A stretch of 64,000 nt of DNA from Methanobacteriota archaeon (lineage in GTDB: Archaea; Thermoplasmatota; Poseidoniia; Poseidoniales; Poseidoniaceae). Position numbers and translations under genes: made by a program. The notes under the pieces are model-generated. The model did no database searches. It was not told the origin of the DNA and was given only the letters and a program-made list of their open reading frames with translations. The stretch spans positions 1,782-65,781 of the forward strand of contig JABJMO010000063.1 of NCBI GenBank assembly GCA_018659375.1. The letters run 5' to 3'. Within the stretch, counting starts at the first letter, position 1; the number at the start of each line of letters is the position of its first letter. Below, piece by piece: positions 8,965 to 18,726 of this stretch.

Positions 8965-9717
8965 TTGCTGTACTTTTTGCCGGCGAGCGCGTTCCGCAAG
9001 ATCGTCATCAAACGCAAGAAATGGCAAACTTTCCCATCTACCATCGTCCTCAACAGCCATTAAAGCCTCATTTGAAGTAAGAACTTTTGATAATTTCATT
9101 ACAGTCGGAGTGGTTCCATCTTGCAGTTGATATTGATGACCAGGCACCACTAGGATAGTTCCTGAGACTTCAGTAAAAACCGTTTGTAAGTATTTTAGCG
9201 ATGCACGCTGTTTACTTGTATCTCCACCCAGTAAGTCAGTTCTACCACAACTCCCGAGAAACAGACAATCTCCGCTGATAACAATGCCGTTGCCGATGAA
9301 CACTACATGCCCTGGAGTATGCCCCGGTGTGCAATGAACAGAAAATTCTAATTCGCCTATTACACATGTTTCAAAAGAATGTTCGTTATGACTCCACCAT
9401 TGGATATACTCGGCATTATAGCCACGTTGTTGTTCTAATTCATGGCACCTAACTACTGGCGAAAATACCGTGCTGTTAACCAATGCTTCGACCCCCTTAC
9501 AATGATCCCAATGGCTATGAGTTAGCCAAACTTGTTCGATTTGAAAGTTATTCTCTTGACAGAAATCTTCCCAGAACGGGCCGTCAAAAGGGTCTATGAT
9601 ACAGGCTTTTTTTGTCTTACGGCAAACTATCAAATGATTCAAATTATCCCACTGCCCAAGTTGCTTCTGATAAACTTGGATTATATCGTTATTCAAAATT
9701 AGATTGGGGGATTTCAC
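8959..9717 (-). CDS. MBL-fold metallo-hydrolase (glyoxalase II-like)
   Basis: Motifs THSHWDHCKG (HxHxDH), TPGHTPGH and CLFLGSCGRTDLLGGD. It has a GTG start. Confidence 0.85.
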   Translation of the reverse strand: MKSPNLILNNDIIQVYQKQLGQWDNLNHLIVCRKTKKACIIDPFDGPFWEDFCQENNFQIEQVWLTHSHWDHCKGVEALVNSTVFSPVVRCHELEQQRGYNAEYIQWWSHNEHSFETCVIGELEFSVHCTPGHTPGHVVFIGNGIVISGDCLFLGSCGRTDLLGGDTSKQRASLKYLQTVFTEVSGTILVVPGHQYQLQDGTTPTVMKLSKVLTSNEALMAVEDDGRWESLPFLAFDDDLAERARRQKVQQS

Positions 9718-9778
9718 GCCGTTACCTCATGTTGCCGATGACCGCTGGTCTTTCAAATGATGAGTACTACTGAGCATC

Positions 9779-12262
9779 ATGGCGGGCGGAACCAGATTGG
9801 TAGTTGCTTTGCTCGCCGGGGTATTTTTATTATCAATTATACCGCATTCCTACGGACAAGAATCTACTAATTCCAACTTGATTTTATTATTGGAAAGTGA
9901 CATTGAACAAACCTACATTGAAGGAGATAGGTTGACCTTAGATGTTCAATTATTCAACCCAACAGAAAAAGTTACCATTAGCAACAACCCTTCATGCGAA
10001 TTTATTTTTGCTATTATCAATTCATATGGCGATGAAGTTTATTCATCCGAAACAACTTGTAGAAACCAAATCCAAACTATTGTGATTGATGAAAATGAAA
10101 AATATGATTTAACTACTCAGTATTGGGATTTTACCGATGCACAAGACCAGATAATACCATCTGGAACCTACACAATAGATATCGCTCACAGCAAGGAACC
10201 AATTTACAATTCTCTGGTTTTTGAATTTTACAGTTCCGCAAATAATAATAATAATTTAGATTTAAAGGCTAAATTAGTCGACATAGATGATGATTCTTAC
10301 TTAGCTCAATTTACTATTTACAATCCAAGTACTGAGCCGATTATCACCGACAATATTGACTGTACTATTATCTTAGAAAACCAAATGCATCGGTTTATTT
10401 TCGATGACTGCTTCAATGGTGCTGCAATTTTACATCCATTCGAAAATATCTATTCTTCTAGCCAACTGATACCTAAAGGATGGATTAATGACAATAGTTC
10501 GCTAAAATATTCTATTCTTGGTGCTGATGAAAATTACCTTTTCCCATCAAATGAAACTTCTGATGGTAATCGAGAAGAAGTATTGCCAGCAACTGTTCAA
10601 AATACCCCATCCGTTACAAAAAACGAACTAGTACTAAGTCAAGTTGGTTCGACTATATCGCTCCAAGTTAATTTGGCTGAGCACACTAATGTTGGCTCAG
10701 AGTGTCATGCTGATGTAACCATCGTCAATGATTTGGGGGACTTGGTAAAAAGTTTGAACGTTGACTATTGTGAGATGATTAACAAAAGTACTGAAGGAAA
10801 TTCAAACATAATGAAGGAGTTATACCAATGGGAGTTAACTGACAGTTATGGCTGTTACATCGAACAAGGCAGATATACCATCATTGTAGGTATAGAGGAT
10901 TCGTATTATTCTGCAGATTATCAAAATTATGATGCCAACACTGCTATTTCTTGCTTATCAAATCACATCAATGTCGATTCAGAGAATTTTATTCTAGACG
11001 AGTCCATTTACAGCAGAATAACATTAAGTTCTGAAGATGGAATAATAAGACTATATTCAGACTGTATCATCAAGATTCAATATAACTCAAATGATGAGGC
11101 CTACGAAATTCCCTCATTCGAGATTTGTGGATATACCGCTGGGAATTACTTAACACCAAACGAGAATAGTTACTTGATTAGCCATAAAACACAAATTTCT
11201 GATTTGGCATATATGGAAAAAATTGATTTATCTTATAAAATTAGTTTAGAATTTACACAATACTATGAAGATTCTATATACACTTACTTTGGACAAACAT
11301 TGAAAGATGAAAAAGATTTAATTCGAATCAATGGTCAGTGGGATTTGGTTCAATTTAATGGCGATAGTTGTTGGATGATTAGTTCGCCAAATTCTGCCTT
11401 CATGCTAGGCGATCTTAATCAGGCTAGGGTTTGGACTCCGCACAAGGGCTGGAGCGGCGAATATTCTGCTTCACTAGCAGAAGATCAAAATAATGTTTGT
11501 GGATTATTTGGCTTACCAATAATAACCATAAACTCCGTTTACTCTGAAAGTGAGCTCATTGAGCAAGTGTTCTTATCTGAACAAGGACCTGATGAAGAAG
11601 AAACTGTAACAGTTACCGAAATAGCAGTTATTAGTGTTACAAGTTCGTCGATAGTCTTCGGTTTACTGGTAATTATATCTAATACTGAAAGTCTTAGAAT
11701 ACCAACAACTACTGCAGGCCTGTGGTTGTTAGGTTTGGTCGGCAAGACTCATGAAACCACTGATGGGCGTTTTCAACGTGGCCGTTTAATAGGTTACCTT
11801 ACAGCCAATCCTGGGTGTCATTTTAGAGCATTAATGGCAGCATTAAGTATGAGTAATGGACAAATTACCCATCATTTACGATTACTAGAAAATCAGGAGT
11901 TAATTTGGCGAGTCAATGATGGAAGGTTTGTCAGATATTATCCTTTGAATAACTCACTATATCCTGGTATGAATCCTGAAAATTTGCCCGTACCATTACT
12001 ATCACCGGACCCTAAAAGCTTACAGGGGAAGATTCTCACACTTCTTGATGATGAGCACCAGTACGGAGAGTTCCCTACCCAATCTGAACTGGCAAAAAAA
12101 TTAGCAAAGAGCCAGCAGTTAATCTCCCACCATCTAAGAACATTACAGAAATATGGCTTGGTTGAAAAACGAAAAATGGGCATCAAGAATAGATATAAGT
12201 TGACTAGAGAAGCAATCTTTTTGTTAGAAACTGACTTAGAATTTATCAAACTCAAAGAATAG
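9779..12262 (+). CDS. Membrane-tethered protein: signal peptide, roughly 600-aa Cys-paired beta-rich ectodomain, TM, two cytoplasmic ArsR-like wHTH domains
   Basis: Signal peptide MAGGTRLVVALLAGVFLLSIIPHSYG. TM helix is IAVISVTSSSIVFGLLVIISN. wHTH 1 is GYLTANPGCHFRALMAALSMSNGQITHHLRLLENQELIWRV. wHTH 2 is ILTLLDDEHQYGEFPTQSELAKKLAKSQQLISHHLRTLQKYGLVEKR. Confidence 0.7.
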   Translation: MAGGTRLVVALLAGVFLLSIIPHSYGQESTNSNLILLLESDIEQTYIEGDRLTLDVQLFNPTEKVTISNNPSCEFIFAIINSYGDEVYSSETTCRNQIQTIVIDENEKYDLTTQYWDFTDAQDQIIPSGTYTIDIAHSKEPIYNSLVFEFYSSANNNNNLDLKAKLVDIDDDSYLAQFTIYNPSTEPIITDNIDCTIILENQMHRFIFDDCFNGAAILHPFENIYSSSQLIPKGWINDNSSLKYSILGADENYLFPSNETSDGNREEVLPATVQNTPSVTKNELVLSQVGSTISLQVNLAEHTNVGSECHADVTIVNDLGDLVKSLNVDYCEMINKSTEGNSNIMKELYQWELTDSYGCYIEQGRYTIIVGIEDSYYSADYQNYDANTAISCLSNHINVDSENFILDESIYSRITLSSEDGIIRLYSDCIIKIQYNSNDEAYEIPSFEICGYTAGNYLTPNENSYLISHKTQISDLAYMEKIDLSYKISLEFTQYYEDSIYTYFGQTLKDEKDLIRINGQWDLVQFNGDSCWMISSPNSAFMLGDLNQARVWTPHKGWSGEYSASLAEDQNNVCGLFGLPIITINSVYSESELIEQVFLSEQGPDEEETVTVTEIAVISVTSSSIVFGLLVIISNTESLRIPTTTAGLWLLGLVGKTHETTDGRFQRGRLIGYLTANPGCHFRALMAALSMSNGQITHHLRLLENQELIWRVNDGRFVRYYPLNNSLYPGMNPENLPVPLLSPDPKSLQGKILTLLDDEHQYGEFPTQSELAKKLAKSQQLISHHLRTLQKYGLVEKRKMGIKNRYKLTREAIFLLETDLEFIKLKE

Positions 12263-13136
12263 TTTCAGTCTTAAAAACGCCGGTGAAGTCAATTGACCAG
12301 TCAATATGACTCCACCCCTTTTCCTCGAGTGAAGAGATTATTTGTTCCCTTTCTGATAAATTATTAATCACAATGCCAACAACTCCACCACCACCTGCCC
12401 CCATGGCTTTCCATGTCGCAACCAAATTTTGTTTGGTAAACTCAGCAAGAACTTGTCGGAATGGTTGATGGAGTTCTTCTCCAAGCATATCAACTGCAAT
12501 CATTACTTGATTTATCGATGATATCACTGCTGCTTTTGATTCCTTGGAAATTGCTGATGCCATATCTAGGCCAGCTTGCCTAATCATGTCTAAAGCGCTA
12601 GATATCTCTTCATCCCCATTCTTATATCGTGCCCAAACCCTATCGTGCAACTCACCAGATACGTGAGTAATATGACTGTTAAACAACAAAATATGATTTT
12701 CAAGCCAACTACAAAATTCCGTTGATGGTGAAAGAGGGTTTACTTTGACTTCTTCATTTGCGAAGGTAAGATGGTTTATCCCCCCTAGTGCGCTAGCCCA
12801 TTGGTCTTGCCTACCACCTTTATTACCCATTAAAGCCTCAAACTGATAAGCAATTTCAGCAGCATCAAGAGAATCTTTTGAATTAGACATGATGGTTGAA
12901 ATTAATCCTACATTCATCGCACCACTTGTGCCCAGTCCCGAACCAGTTGGCATATCTGTTGAATATGACAATGATATTTTTCGCTCGTCATCAATAATCA
13001 TCTCACTTCTAACATACTGATTGATGGCGATGTTAACCACTTCTCCAGTTTTATTCTGGCAGTATACTGGGACATCTGTCCAACCTCCCGCCAAATCGAT
13101 TCTTGACGGCACCCGAACCTCAATTCTGCGACCCAT
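12252..13136 (-). CDS. GHMP-family sugar kinase (HddA/fucokinase-like)
   Basis: N-terminus RVPSRIDLAGGWTDVPVYC resembles the heptose-7-P kinase / fucokinase family (R(I/L)(S/D)(F/L).GGGTD). The GHMP motif is MPTGSGLGTSGAMNVG. Confidence 0.7.
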   Translation of the reverse strand: MGRRIEVRVPSRIDLAGGWTDVPVYCQNKTGEVVNIAINQYVRSEMIIDDERKISLSYSTDMPTGSGLGTSGAMNVGLISTIMSNSKDSLDAAEIAYQFEALMGNKGGRQDQWASALGGINHLTFANEEVKVNPLSPSTEFCSWLENHILLFNSHITHVSGELHDRVWARYKNGDEEISSALDMIRQAGLDMASAISKESKAAVISSINQVMIAVDMLGEELHQPFRQVLAEFTKQNLVATWKAMGAGGGGVVGIVINNLSEREQIISSLEEKGWSHIDWSIDFTGVFKTETIL

Positions 13137-13188
13137 GACTAACCTAGGTCAAATTGGTTCTTCAATAGTGGGTTTGAAATGGCAACTT

Positions 13189-16047
13189 ATGGTGGGAGTA
13201 ATATTCCGGAATGGAGGTGCCCCCTTGAATTACAGTATCCAAAGCGTCAATGAAGATTATTGGCAAATGCGCTGGGATGAAGAAAAGATTTTTCATTCAA
13301 AGATAAATCACGGAAAACCCTCCTTTTATTGTCTTGAAATGTACCCATATCCTTCTGGGAAAATGCATATGGGCCACGTTAGAAACTACTCGATTGGCGA
13401 TGCTGTTGCCCGATTCAAGAGGATGACAGGTCATGATGTATTGTATCCAATGGGGTTTGATTCATTTGGCATGCCAGCGGAAAACGCTGCAATCAAAGAA
13501 GGTGGGCATCCACATGACATTACCGAACGTAACATGGCTTCAATAACCAAGCAAATTAAAAGAATGGGATTTTCTTATGATTGGCGAAGAATGGTCAAGA
13601 GTCACGATCCAAATTATTACAAGTGGAATCAATGGTTTTTTACTAAATTCTTTGAAACTGGCTTAGCATTTCAAGAATTTGCTCCAGTTAACTGGTGTAA
13701 CACTTGTAACACGGTTCTAGCAAACGAACAAGTCAAGGCTGGAAGATGCTGGAGATGTAATGGACCGGTAAAGCAAAAGGAAATGAGTCAATGGTTTTTG
13801 GATATTCCAAAGTATGCACAGGAACTTGTTGACGGCTTAGATACCATCAATTTCCCAGAAAATGTTGCGGCAATGCAACGGGATTGGCTTGGCCGTTCTG
13901 AAGGTGCCGAGATAACCTTTGAAATCGAAGATTCCGACCAGACAATCACTGTTTTTACTACTAGGCCTGATACCTTGTTTGGAGTTACTTTTATCACTCT
14001 AGCACCTGAACATCCTCTAGCAGAACAATTAGTCCTCGGAACTGAATTTGAATCTGGTTGGAAAGCATTACATGATGAAGTATCAGTAATGACAGAGTTT
14101 GACAGAATCAAAAACATGAACAAAAAGAACGGTGTACCGCTTGGAAAGTATGCAATCCATCCGTTAACTGGCGAAAAAATTCCAATTTGGAGTGGAAACT
14201 TTGTCATCGCATCTTATGGAACAGGCGCAGTAATGGCTGTTCCGGCACACGATGAGAGAGATTTCGATTTCGCACAAAAATTTGCCATACCCATCAAACG
14301 TGCACTTGTGATGAGCGAGGGTGGCGACGAATCAGCCGAGCTAACAAAAGCGGAAACTGAATATGGTTGGATGGTAAATAGCGGCTCAACGAAATTTGAT
14401 GGTTTACACGGTCATGCTGCTGTAACCGCAGTAATTGACGAGTTGGTGAAGCATGGTAAGGGGGAGAGAAAACTAAATTGGAAAATCCGCCCTTGGTTAA
14501 TCTCAAGACAGAGGTATTGGGGCACTCCAATCCCAATAATTCACTGTGATGAGTGTGGTGCAGTTCCCGTACCTGAGGAAGATTTGCCGGTTGAGCTACC
14601 ACGAGACATTGTGTTTGGTAAAGGCAACCCTCTTGAGACATCAGCGGAATTTATGGAGGTAAAATGTCCAAAATGTGGCAAAGATGCGCGCAGGGAAACC
14701 GATACCATGGATACCTTTGTTGATTCCTCATGGTATTTCTTGAGGTATACGGACGCAACCAATAACGATGAATGTTTTTCTAAAGAAGCCGCAAACGATT
14801 GGATGAATGTTGACTTCTACTGTGGTGGTATTGAACACGCACAGATGCACCTAATCTACGCACGGTTTTGGACAAAGGCACTCAGAGATTTGGGACTTCA
14901 CTCTATCGATGAACCATTCAATGAATTACTCTGCCAAGGCATGGTAAACAAAGCAGCACCGTGGTGTGAATCCTGCGCAATCACCCTCAGCGTCGACCAT
15001 ATTAGCATGCCTTGCCCACAATGTGGCGATGCCTTATCGATGAGATCCGCTAAAATGAGTAAATCACTGGGGAATACCGTATCTCCCGAAGCTATGATTG
15101 AACAGTTTGGGGCAGATACTGTTAGACTGTTTATTCTATTTGCAGCCAATCCTACCGCAGGAATGGATTGGTCAGACACTGCATTGGAAGCCAATCATAG
15201 AGTAATGTTGCAATTACAATCCATTCCTGAAACAATATTAAATTGGGGTAATGAGAACTCTGCAATAGATGATTGGTTGACTGCTAGATTAAAGCAACGA
15301 GTTAGTGAATTTAATCAAGCAATGAAAACTTACGATTTACGTAGAGCTGTTGAAATTTCTCATTATGAGTTGATCAAAGATGTCAATTGGTATATTCGTC
15401 GTGGTGGCAATAATGTTGAGGTAGGAAAAAGCCTAATGGAAAGTTGGACTTATCTAATTTCAGTTTCGACCCCCCATTTAGCGGAAGAATGGGGCAAATG
15501 CCTAGAATTTAGTCAATTGGTTTCTGCGTCTGAAATGCCAAGTGTCAAAAATCTAGAATCTGATGAGCAACTCAACCTTGACAAGGAGTTTATCATGAGA
15601 GGGGTCCTTGAGAATGTGCGTAAAGTAAAATCAATTGCTGAACGGCATCTTGATGGAGCAGCCAAGGTTTTGACTTTGGTGACCGCCCCTGATTGGAAAC
15701 AGAAGTTGTCGGTAAATGCAATAAATTTCATTGCAGATGGTGGCAATGTCAGAAACTTCATTCAAGAAATTAAACAGATGAGTTTTGTTAATGAGCATAA
15801 CATGGGTGAAATCCTGCAATATTGGAACAAGAGGATGTTGTCTCAAGTATTCAAGTGGGATGATAAAGCGAAAGAATTAATCCTCCAAAATATCGATGAA
15901 ATAGAGGTGCTGAGTACAAGAGCAGAATTCTTTGCTAAAGAGTTAGGACTAGAAGAAATCAAAGTCATCAAGACAGAAGATTATGACCTTGCTGATGGGC
16001 GGGAAAAATCTGCTTTACCGCTAAGCCCAGGCATTATTTTTGCTTGA
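13189..16047 (+). CDS. leuS: Leucyl-tRNA synthetase
   Basis: Class I signatures PYPSGKMHMGHVRNY (HIGH-type) and KMSKSLGN (KMSKS), with archaeal-type length. The track ORF starts at 13021 but overlaps the divergent GHMP kinase. I chose the ATG at 13189, just upstream of the conserved ...YWQMRWDEEKIF; the start itself is uncertain. Confidence 0.93.
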   Translation: MVGVIFRNGGAPLNYSIQSVNEDYWQMRWDEEKIFHSKINHGKPSFYCLEMYPYPSGKMHMGHVRNYSIGDAVARFKRMTGHDVLYPMGFDSFGMPAENAAIKEGGHPHDITERNMASITKQIKRMGFSYDWRRMVKSHDPNYYKWNQWFFTKFFETGLAFQEFAPVNWCNTCNTVLANEQVKAGRCWRCNGPVKQKEMSQWFLDIPKYAQELVDGLDTINFPENVAAMQRDWLGRSEGAEITFEIEDSDQTITVFTTRPDTLFGVTFITLAPEHPLAEQLVLGTEFESGWKALHDEVSVMTEFDRIKNMNKKNGVPLGKYAIHPLTGEKIPIWSGNFVIASYGTGAVMAVPAHDERDFDFAQKFAIPIKRALVMSEGGDESAELTKAETEYGWMVNSGSTKFDGLHGHAAVTAVIDELVKHGKGERKLNWKIRPWLISRQRYWGTPIPIIHCDECGAVPVPEEDLPVELPRDIVFGKGNPLETSAEFMEVKCPKCGKDARRETDTMDTFVDSSWYFLRYTDATNNDECFSKEAANDWMNVDFYCGGIEHAQMHLIYARFWTKALRDLGLHSIDEPFNELLCQGMVNKAAPWCESCAITLSVDHISMPCPQCGDALSMRSAKMSKSLGNTVSPEAMIEQFGADTVRLFILFAANPTAGMDWSDTALEANHRVMLQLQSIPETILNWGNENSAIDDWLTARLKQRVSEFNQAMKTYDLRRAVEISHYELIKDVNWYIRRGGNNVEVGKSLMESWTYLISVSTPHLAEEWGKCLEFSQLVSASEMPSVKNLESDEQLNLDKEFIMRGVLENVRKVKSIAERHLDGAAKVLTLVTAPDWKQKLSVNAINFIADGGNVRNFIQEIKQMSFVNEHNMGEILQYWNKRMLSQVFKWDDKAKELILQNIDEIEVLSTRAEFFAKELGLEEIKVIKTEDYDLADGREKSALPLSPGIIFA

Positions 16048-16057
16048 GGTAAATGTC

Positions 16058-16564
16058 ATGTCCCATCCTGACTTGATTCTAAGGAAGCAATTAATGATTG
16101 ACCAATCGCGTAATGTTAGTTTCAATTTGTTAAATTTGAATTGTTGGCCTTTGTGGAACAAAGTTGCCAACAGAATTTTATCTGAGCAGCAGGGCCTGTT
16201 ACAAGAAAATCAGCGTTTCGACCTCCACCGTATTATAGCGCAACAATTGGTTGAGGATTTGTGGCAAGTTTCACAAATTAAATCTTCAGAAGATCCATGC
16301 TTTGCTGAACTTCGCTTAACCTGGATTGGTCAAAAAATCAATGGCCGGACCTCTGCCCTAGCAATACAACGTTTGGTTGTCGAAATTACTGTATTAGAAA
16401 CTGACAATGGCGGGCTTGAAATCTCTGCCTGGTGGGACATTTCAAAGTTGGGCCGGTTACTACGATTTGGTAAACGTTCAGTCAAGGCAATTGTTTCCCA
16501 GTTGTTTGATGATTTAACAAGCCACGGGACTATTGAGTACCAACAAGTTTCTGAAAATGAATAG
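16058..16564 (+). CDS. Hypothetical protein (168 aa), immediately downstream of leuS
   Basis: ATG at 16058 lies 11 nt after the leuS stop and is preceded by GAGG. I recognise no motifs. Its composition looks like a normal globular protein. Confidence 0.5.
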   Translation: MSHPDLILRKQLMIDQSRNVSFNLLNLNCWPLWNKVANRILSEQQGLLQENQRFDLHRIIAQQLVEDLWQVSQIKSSEDPCFAELRLTWIGQKINGRTSALAIQRLVVEITVLETDNGGLEISAWWDISKLGRLLRFGKRSVKAIVSQLFDDLTSHGTIEYQQVSENE

Positions 16565-16619
16565 ATATAACCGGATGACAATGCGATAGTTCAAAGAATG
16601 TCGGCATTGACAGTGGTAT

Positions 16620-17654
16620 GTGACCTCGAGAAAACAACCTGAAAATTCTCGGTCACGCAATCGGCAAAATAACAAGCGATACGGAACTACCAGAAAATCT
16701 GTTTTGATGGAACGAAGTGCGGAATTTGTTGAGGATGCACAAAAAAAAGCCAATCAGCGGTTTGATTTGGCTGAAAAACCGCTGGGCATTCCCGAAGAAA
16801 TGGCGGAAGTAAAGAAATTTTCATTTGACTGGAAAAATAGCCCGGTTCCGTTAACAGATGAAGAATCGCTGTCAAAATTTGTGCTACGTAAGGGTGAATT
16901 TGGTTGGCTTGAAGATGACCGAGTTCAGGAGATCGCTGATTTTGTCGACAAAAAGAAAATGACTCTGGATCAAGCATTATCACTTAGATCTGCCCTGTTA
17001 CAACAGAAGACTGTTTATGGTCACGGCAGGTTAAAGTCTCGCGCAAAAGCGCTAAACAGGCTATATTCTGAAGGAGTTTCTGTTGTCGATTTATCTAAGC
17101 GTTTTGATTTCCCTCCAATGAATATATTCAGAATCGTATTAGCTGAAAAGCGTTGGTCTAAATCACGAATCAAGGAATGTCTAAGAGACCCTAGTAAAAT
17201 GAAAGAAAGAGAGAGGAACGAATTTGAGATGGCAGAAGCTGCTGATCGGGTATCAAATGTTGATCAATCTGAAACTCATACTAGGGCGGATCTGTTCGAA
17301 GAAATCCTATCAGATTGGTTTGAATCAAAAGGAGTAACAATCAGACGACAGCCTGAAATGGTATCTGAACAAAAACTTGAACATGGCAGGCCGATAAATA
17401 CTCCTGATATACTATTTCTAGACCATGTTGAGATTAATGGAAACCCAATTGCTTGGATTGATGCTAAACACTTCTATGGGGCAGATGTGGCATTTCAACG
17501 CAAGAAAATGTCGAAGCAAATGAACCGCTATATCGATGAATGGGGAAGTGGTGCTGTGGTATATCGTCACGGTTTTAGTGAGAATTTGTTTATTCCTGGC
17601 TGCACTATGCTTGATGCTGGAGTGCTGGATCTATCCAAACTAGGATCTGGCTAG
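16620..17654 (+). CDS. PD-(D/E)xK nuclease with TPD motif, CDIN1/C15orf41-like
   Basis: C-terminal core is INTPDILFLDHVEINGNPIAWIDAKHFYG...GSGAVVYRHGF (D ... D-x-K). An upstream helical region contains ECLRDPSKM. The N-terminal tail is basic (SRKQPENSRSRNRQNNKRYGTTRK). Motif order matches my recollection of human CDIN1. Confidence 0.6.
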   Translation: MTSRKQPENSRSRNRQNNKRYGTTRKSVLMERSAEFVEDAQKKANQRFDLAEKPLGIPEEMAEVKKFSFDWKNSPVPLTDEESLSKFVLRKGEFGWLEDDRVQEIADFVDKKKMTLDQALSLRSALLQQKTVYGHGRLKSRAKALNRLYSEGVSVVDLSKRFDFPPMNIFRIVLAEKRWSKSRIKECLRDPSKMKERERNEFEMAEAADRVSNVDQSETHTRADLFEEILSDWFESKGVTIRRQPEMVSEQKLEHGRPINTPDILFLDHVEINGNPIAWIDAKHFYGADVAFQRKKMSKQMNRYIDEWGSGAVVYRHGFSENLFIPGCTMLDAGVLDLSKLGSG

Positions 17655-18625
17655 GATGAAATACTGGTTATTATTGATCCTAAGTTTAACTGAAGTAAAT
17701 TGTTGTTTAGATCATCAAGCTCTTGTTTAGTTATCTGTCTGCTTAGTTTTCTAGGCAATATGACCACAGAAACTCCTAGCATACATAGCCTAATACTGAG
17801 ATGAGCTTGTAATTCTAAATCTTTGACGATCTTGCGTACTAAATTTAGCAACTGCTTTCTTTCAATCTCATCAAGTAATTCTGATTCCCTAGAAAAAATA
17901 TTTGATTGTATTAAAATATCAGACCAACGAGAATGATTCCAAGGTCCTGTTTTGAGTTTGTTAAGGGCTCTATGGCCTGCTTGAGTAATTTTTAATTGCC
18001 AATCAGGATTATCGATATAACTCGAAGTATGCCTTGTTTCTTCAGGTTGCCAAACCACAATTACCGGTTGACGACACGGGAAACCTAAACTCCGACCTGA
18101 AGCACCTGGTGCACCTGGTTGCAAGCGCATTTCTACGCCACCTGCATAAATGCCCAAAACATCACCAAGGCCAGAGCCACGCAATCTCTCTATTCGATGA
18201 CAAATCCGATAATATTGATCAAGGTTACCTTCACCGGTTAATTCTCTAAATGCAGTAGCAAGAGCAATTAATCCTGCAGCAGACATTCCCATTCCCTGAC
18301 TTGTTGGCAATTGCAGAATAATTTCAATATCGAAAGTATAATTTTCATGCAGCAGTCTTGCATAAACCAATTCATCAATTAATTGACGATACTGTTGTTC
18401 AGAGTCGACTAACAGATCACCTTGATGGTCGGTGATGGTAACTGTTGAATCTGAGATTTGGCCGTCATTGGCTAGTTGTGTGACCTTTGCGATAACTCCG
18501 TGGTCGATATTCAATCCAACTCCCCTGCTACCTTGATTACGTAGTAGACGGCCCTCTTTTTCAATAGTGAAAAGCAGAGTAATGTGCCCCCCAATATGGG
18601 ATTGCGCCTCTGTGTCCATGCTCAT
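17651..18625 (-). CDS. Pantoate kinase (archaeal CoA pathway, GHMP family)
   Basis: N-terminus HIGGHITLLFTI...GSRGVGLNIDHG resembles archaeal PoK (PAHITAFF...GS.GAG.N). The GHMP motif is LPTSQGMGMSAAGLIALATAF. The phosphopantothenate synthetase gene lies about 1 kb away. Confidence 0.7.
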   Translation of the reverse strand: MSMDTEAQSHIGGHITLLFTIEKEGRLLRNQGSRGVGLNIDHGVIAKVTQLANDGQISDSTVTITDHQGDLLVDSEQQYRQLIDELVYARLLHENYTFDIEIILQLPTSQGMGMSAAGLIALATAFRELTGEGNLDQYYRICHRIERLRGSGLGDVLGIYAGGVEMRLQPGAPGASGRSLGFPCRQPVIVVWQPEETRHTSSYIDNPDWQLKITQAGHRALNKLKTGPWNHSRWSDILIQSNIFSRESELLDEIERKQLLNLVRKIVKDLELQAHLSIRLCMLGVSVVILPRKLSRQITKQELDDLNNNLLQLNLGSIITSISS

Positions 18626-18726
18626 GCCAAGTAAACTATGGATTTGAATTGTCTTATGTTTCTATGATTATATTGCTAATTTAGTTTAGGGGTGAAATTC
18701 TATATTATGAGCCCATTGGATTAATC

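Noticed and set aside
13021-13188. An N-terminal extension of the leuS ORF back to 13021.
   Set aside because: It would overlap 116 nt of the divergent GHMP-kinase coding region. It also adds non-conserved residues before the conserved LeuS N-terminus. The internal ATG at 13189 is more plausible, though the exact start is unverified.
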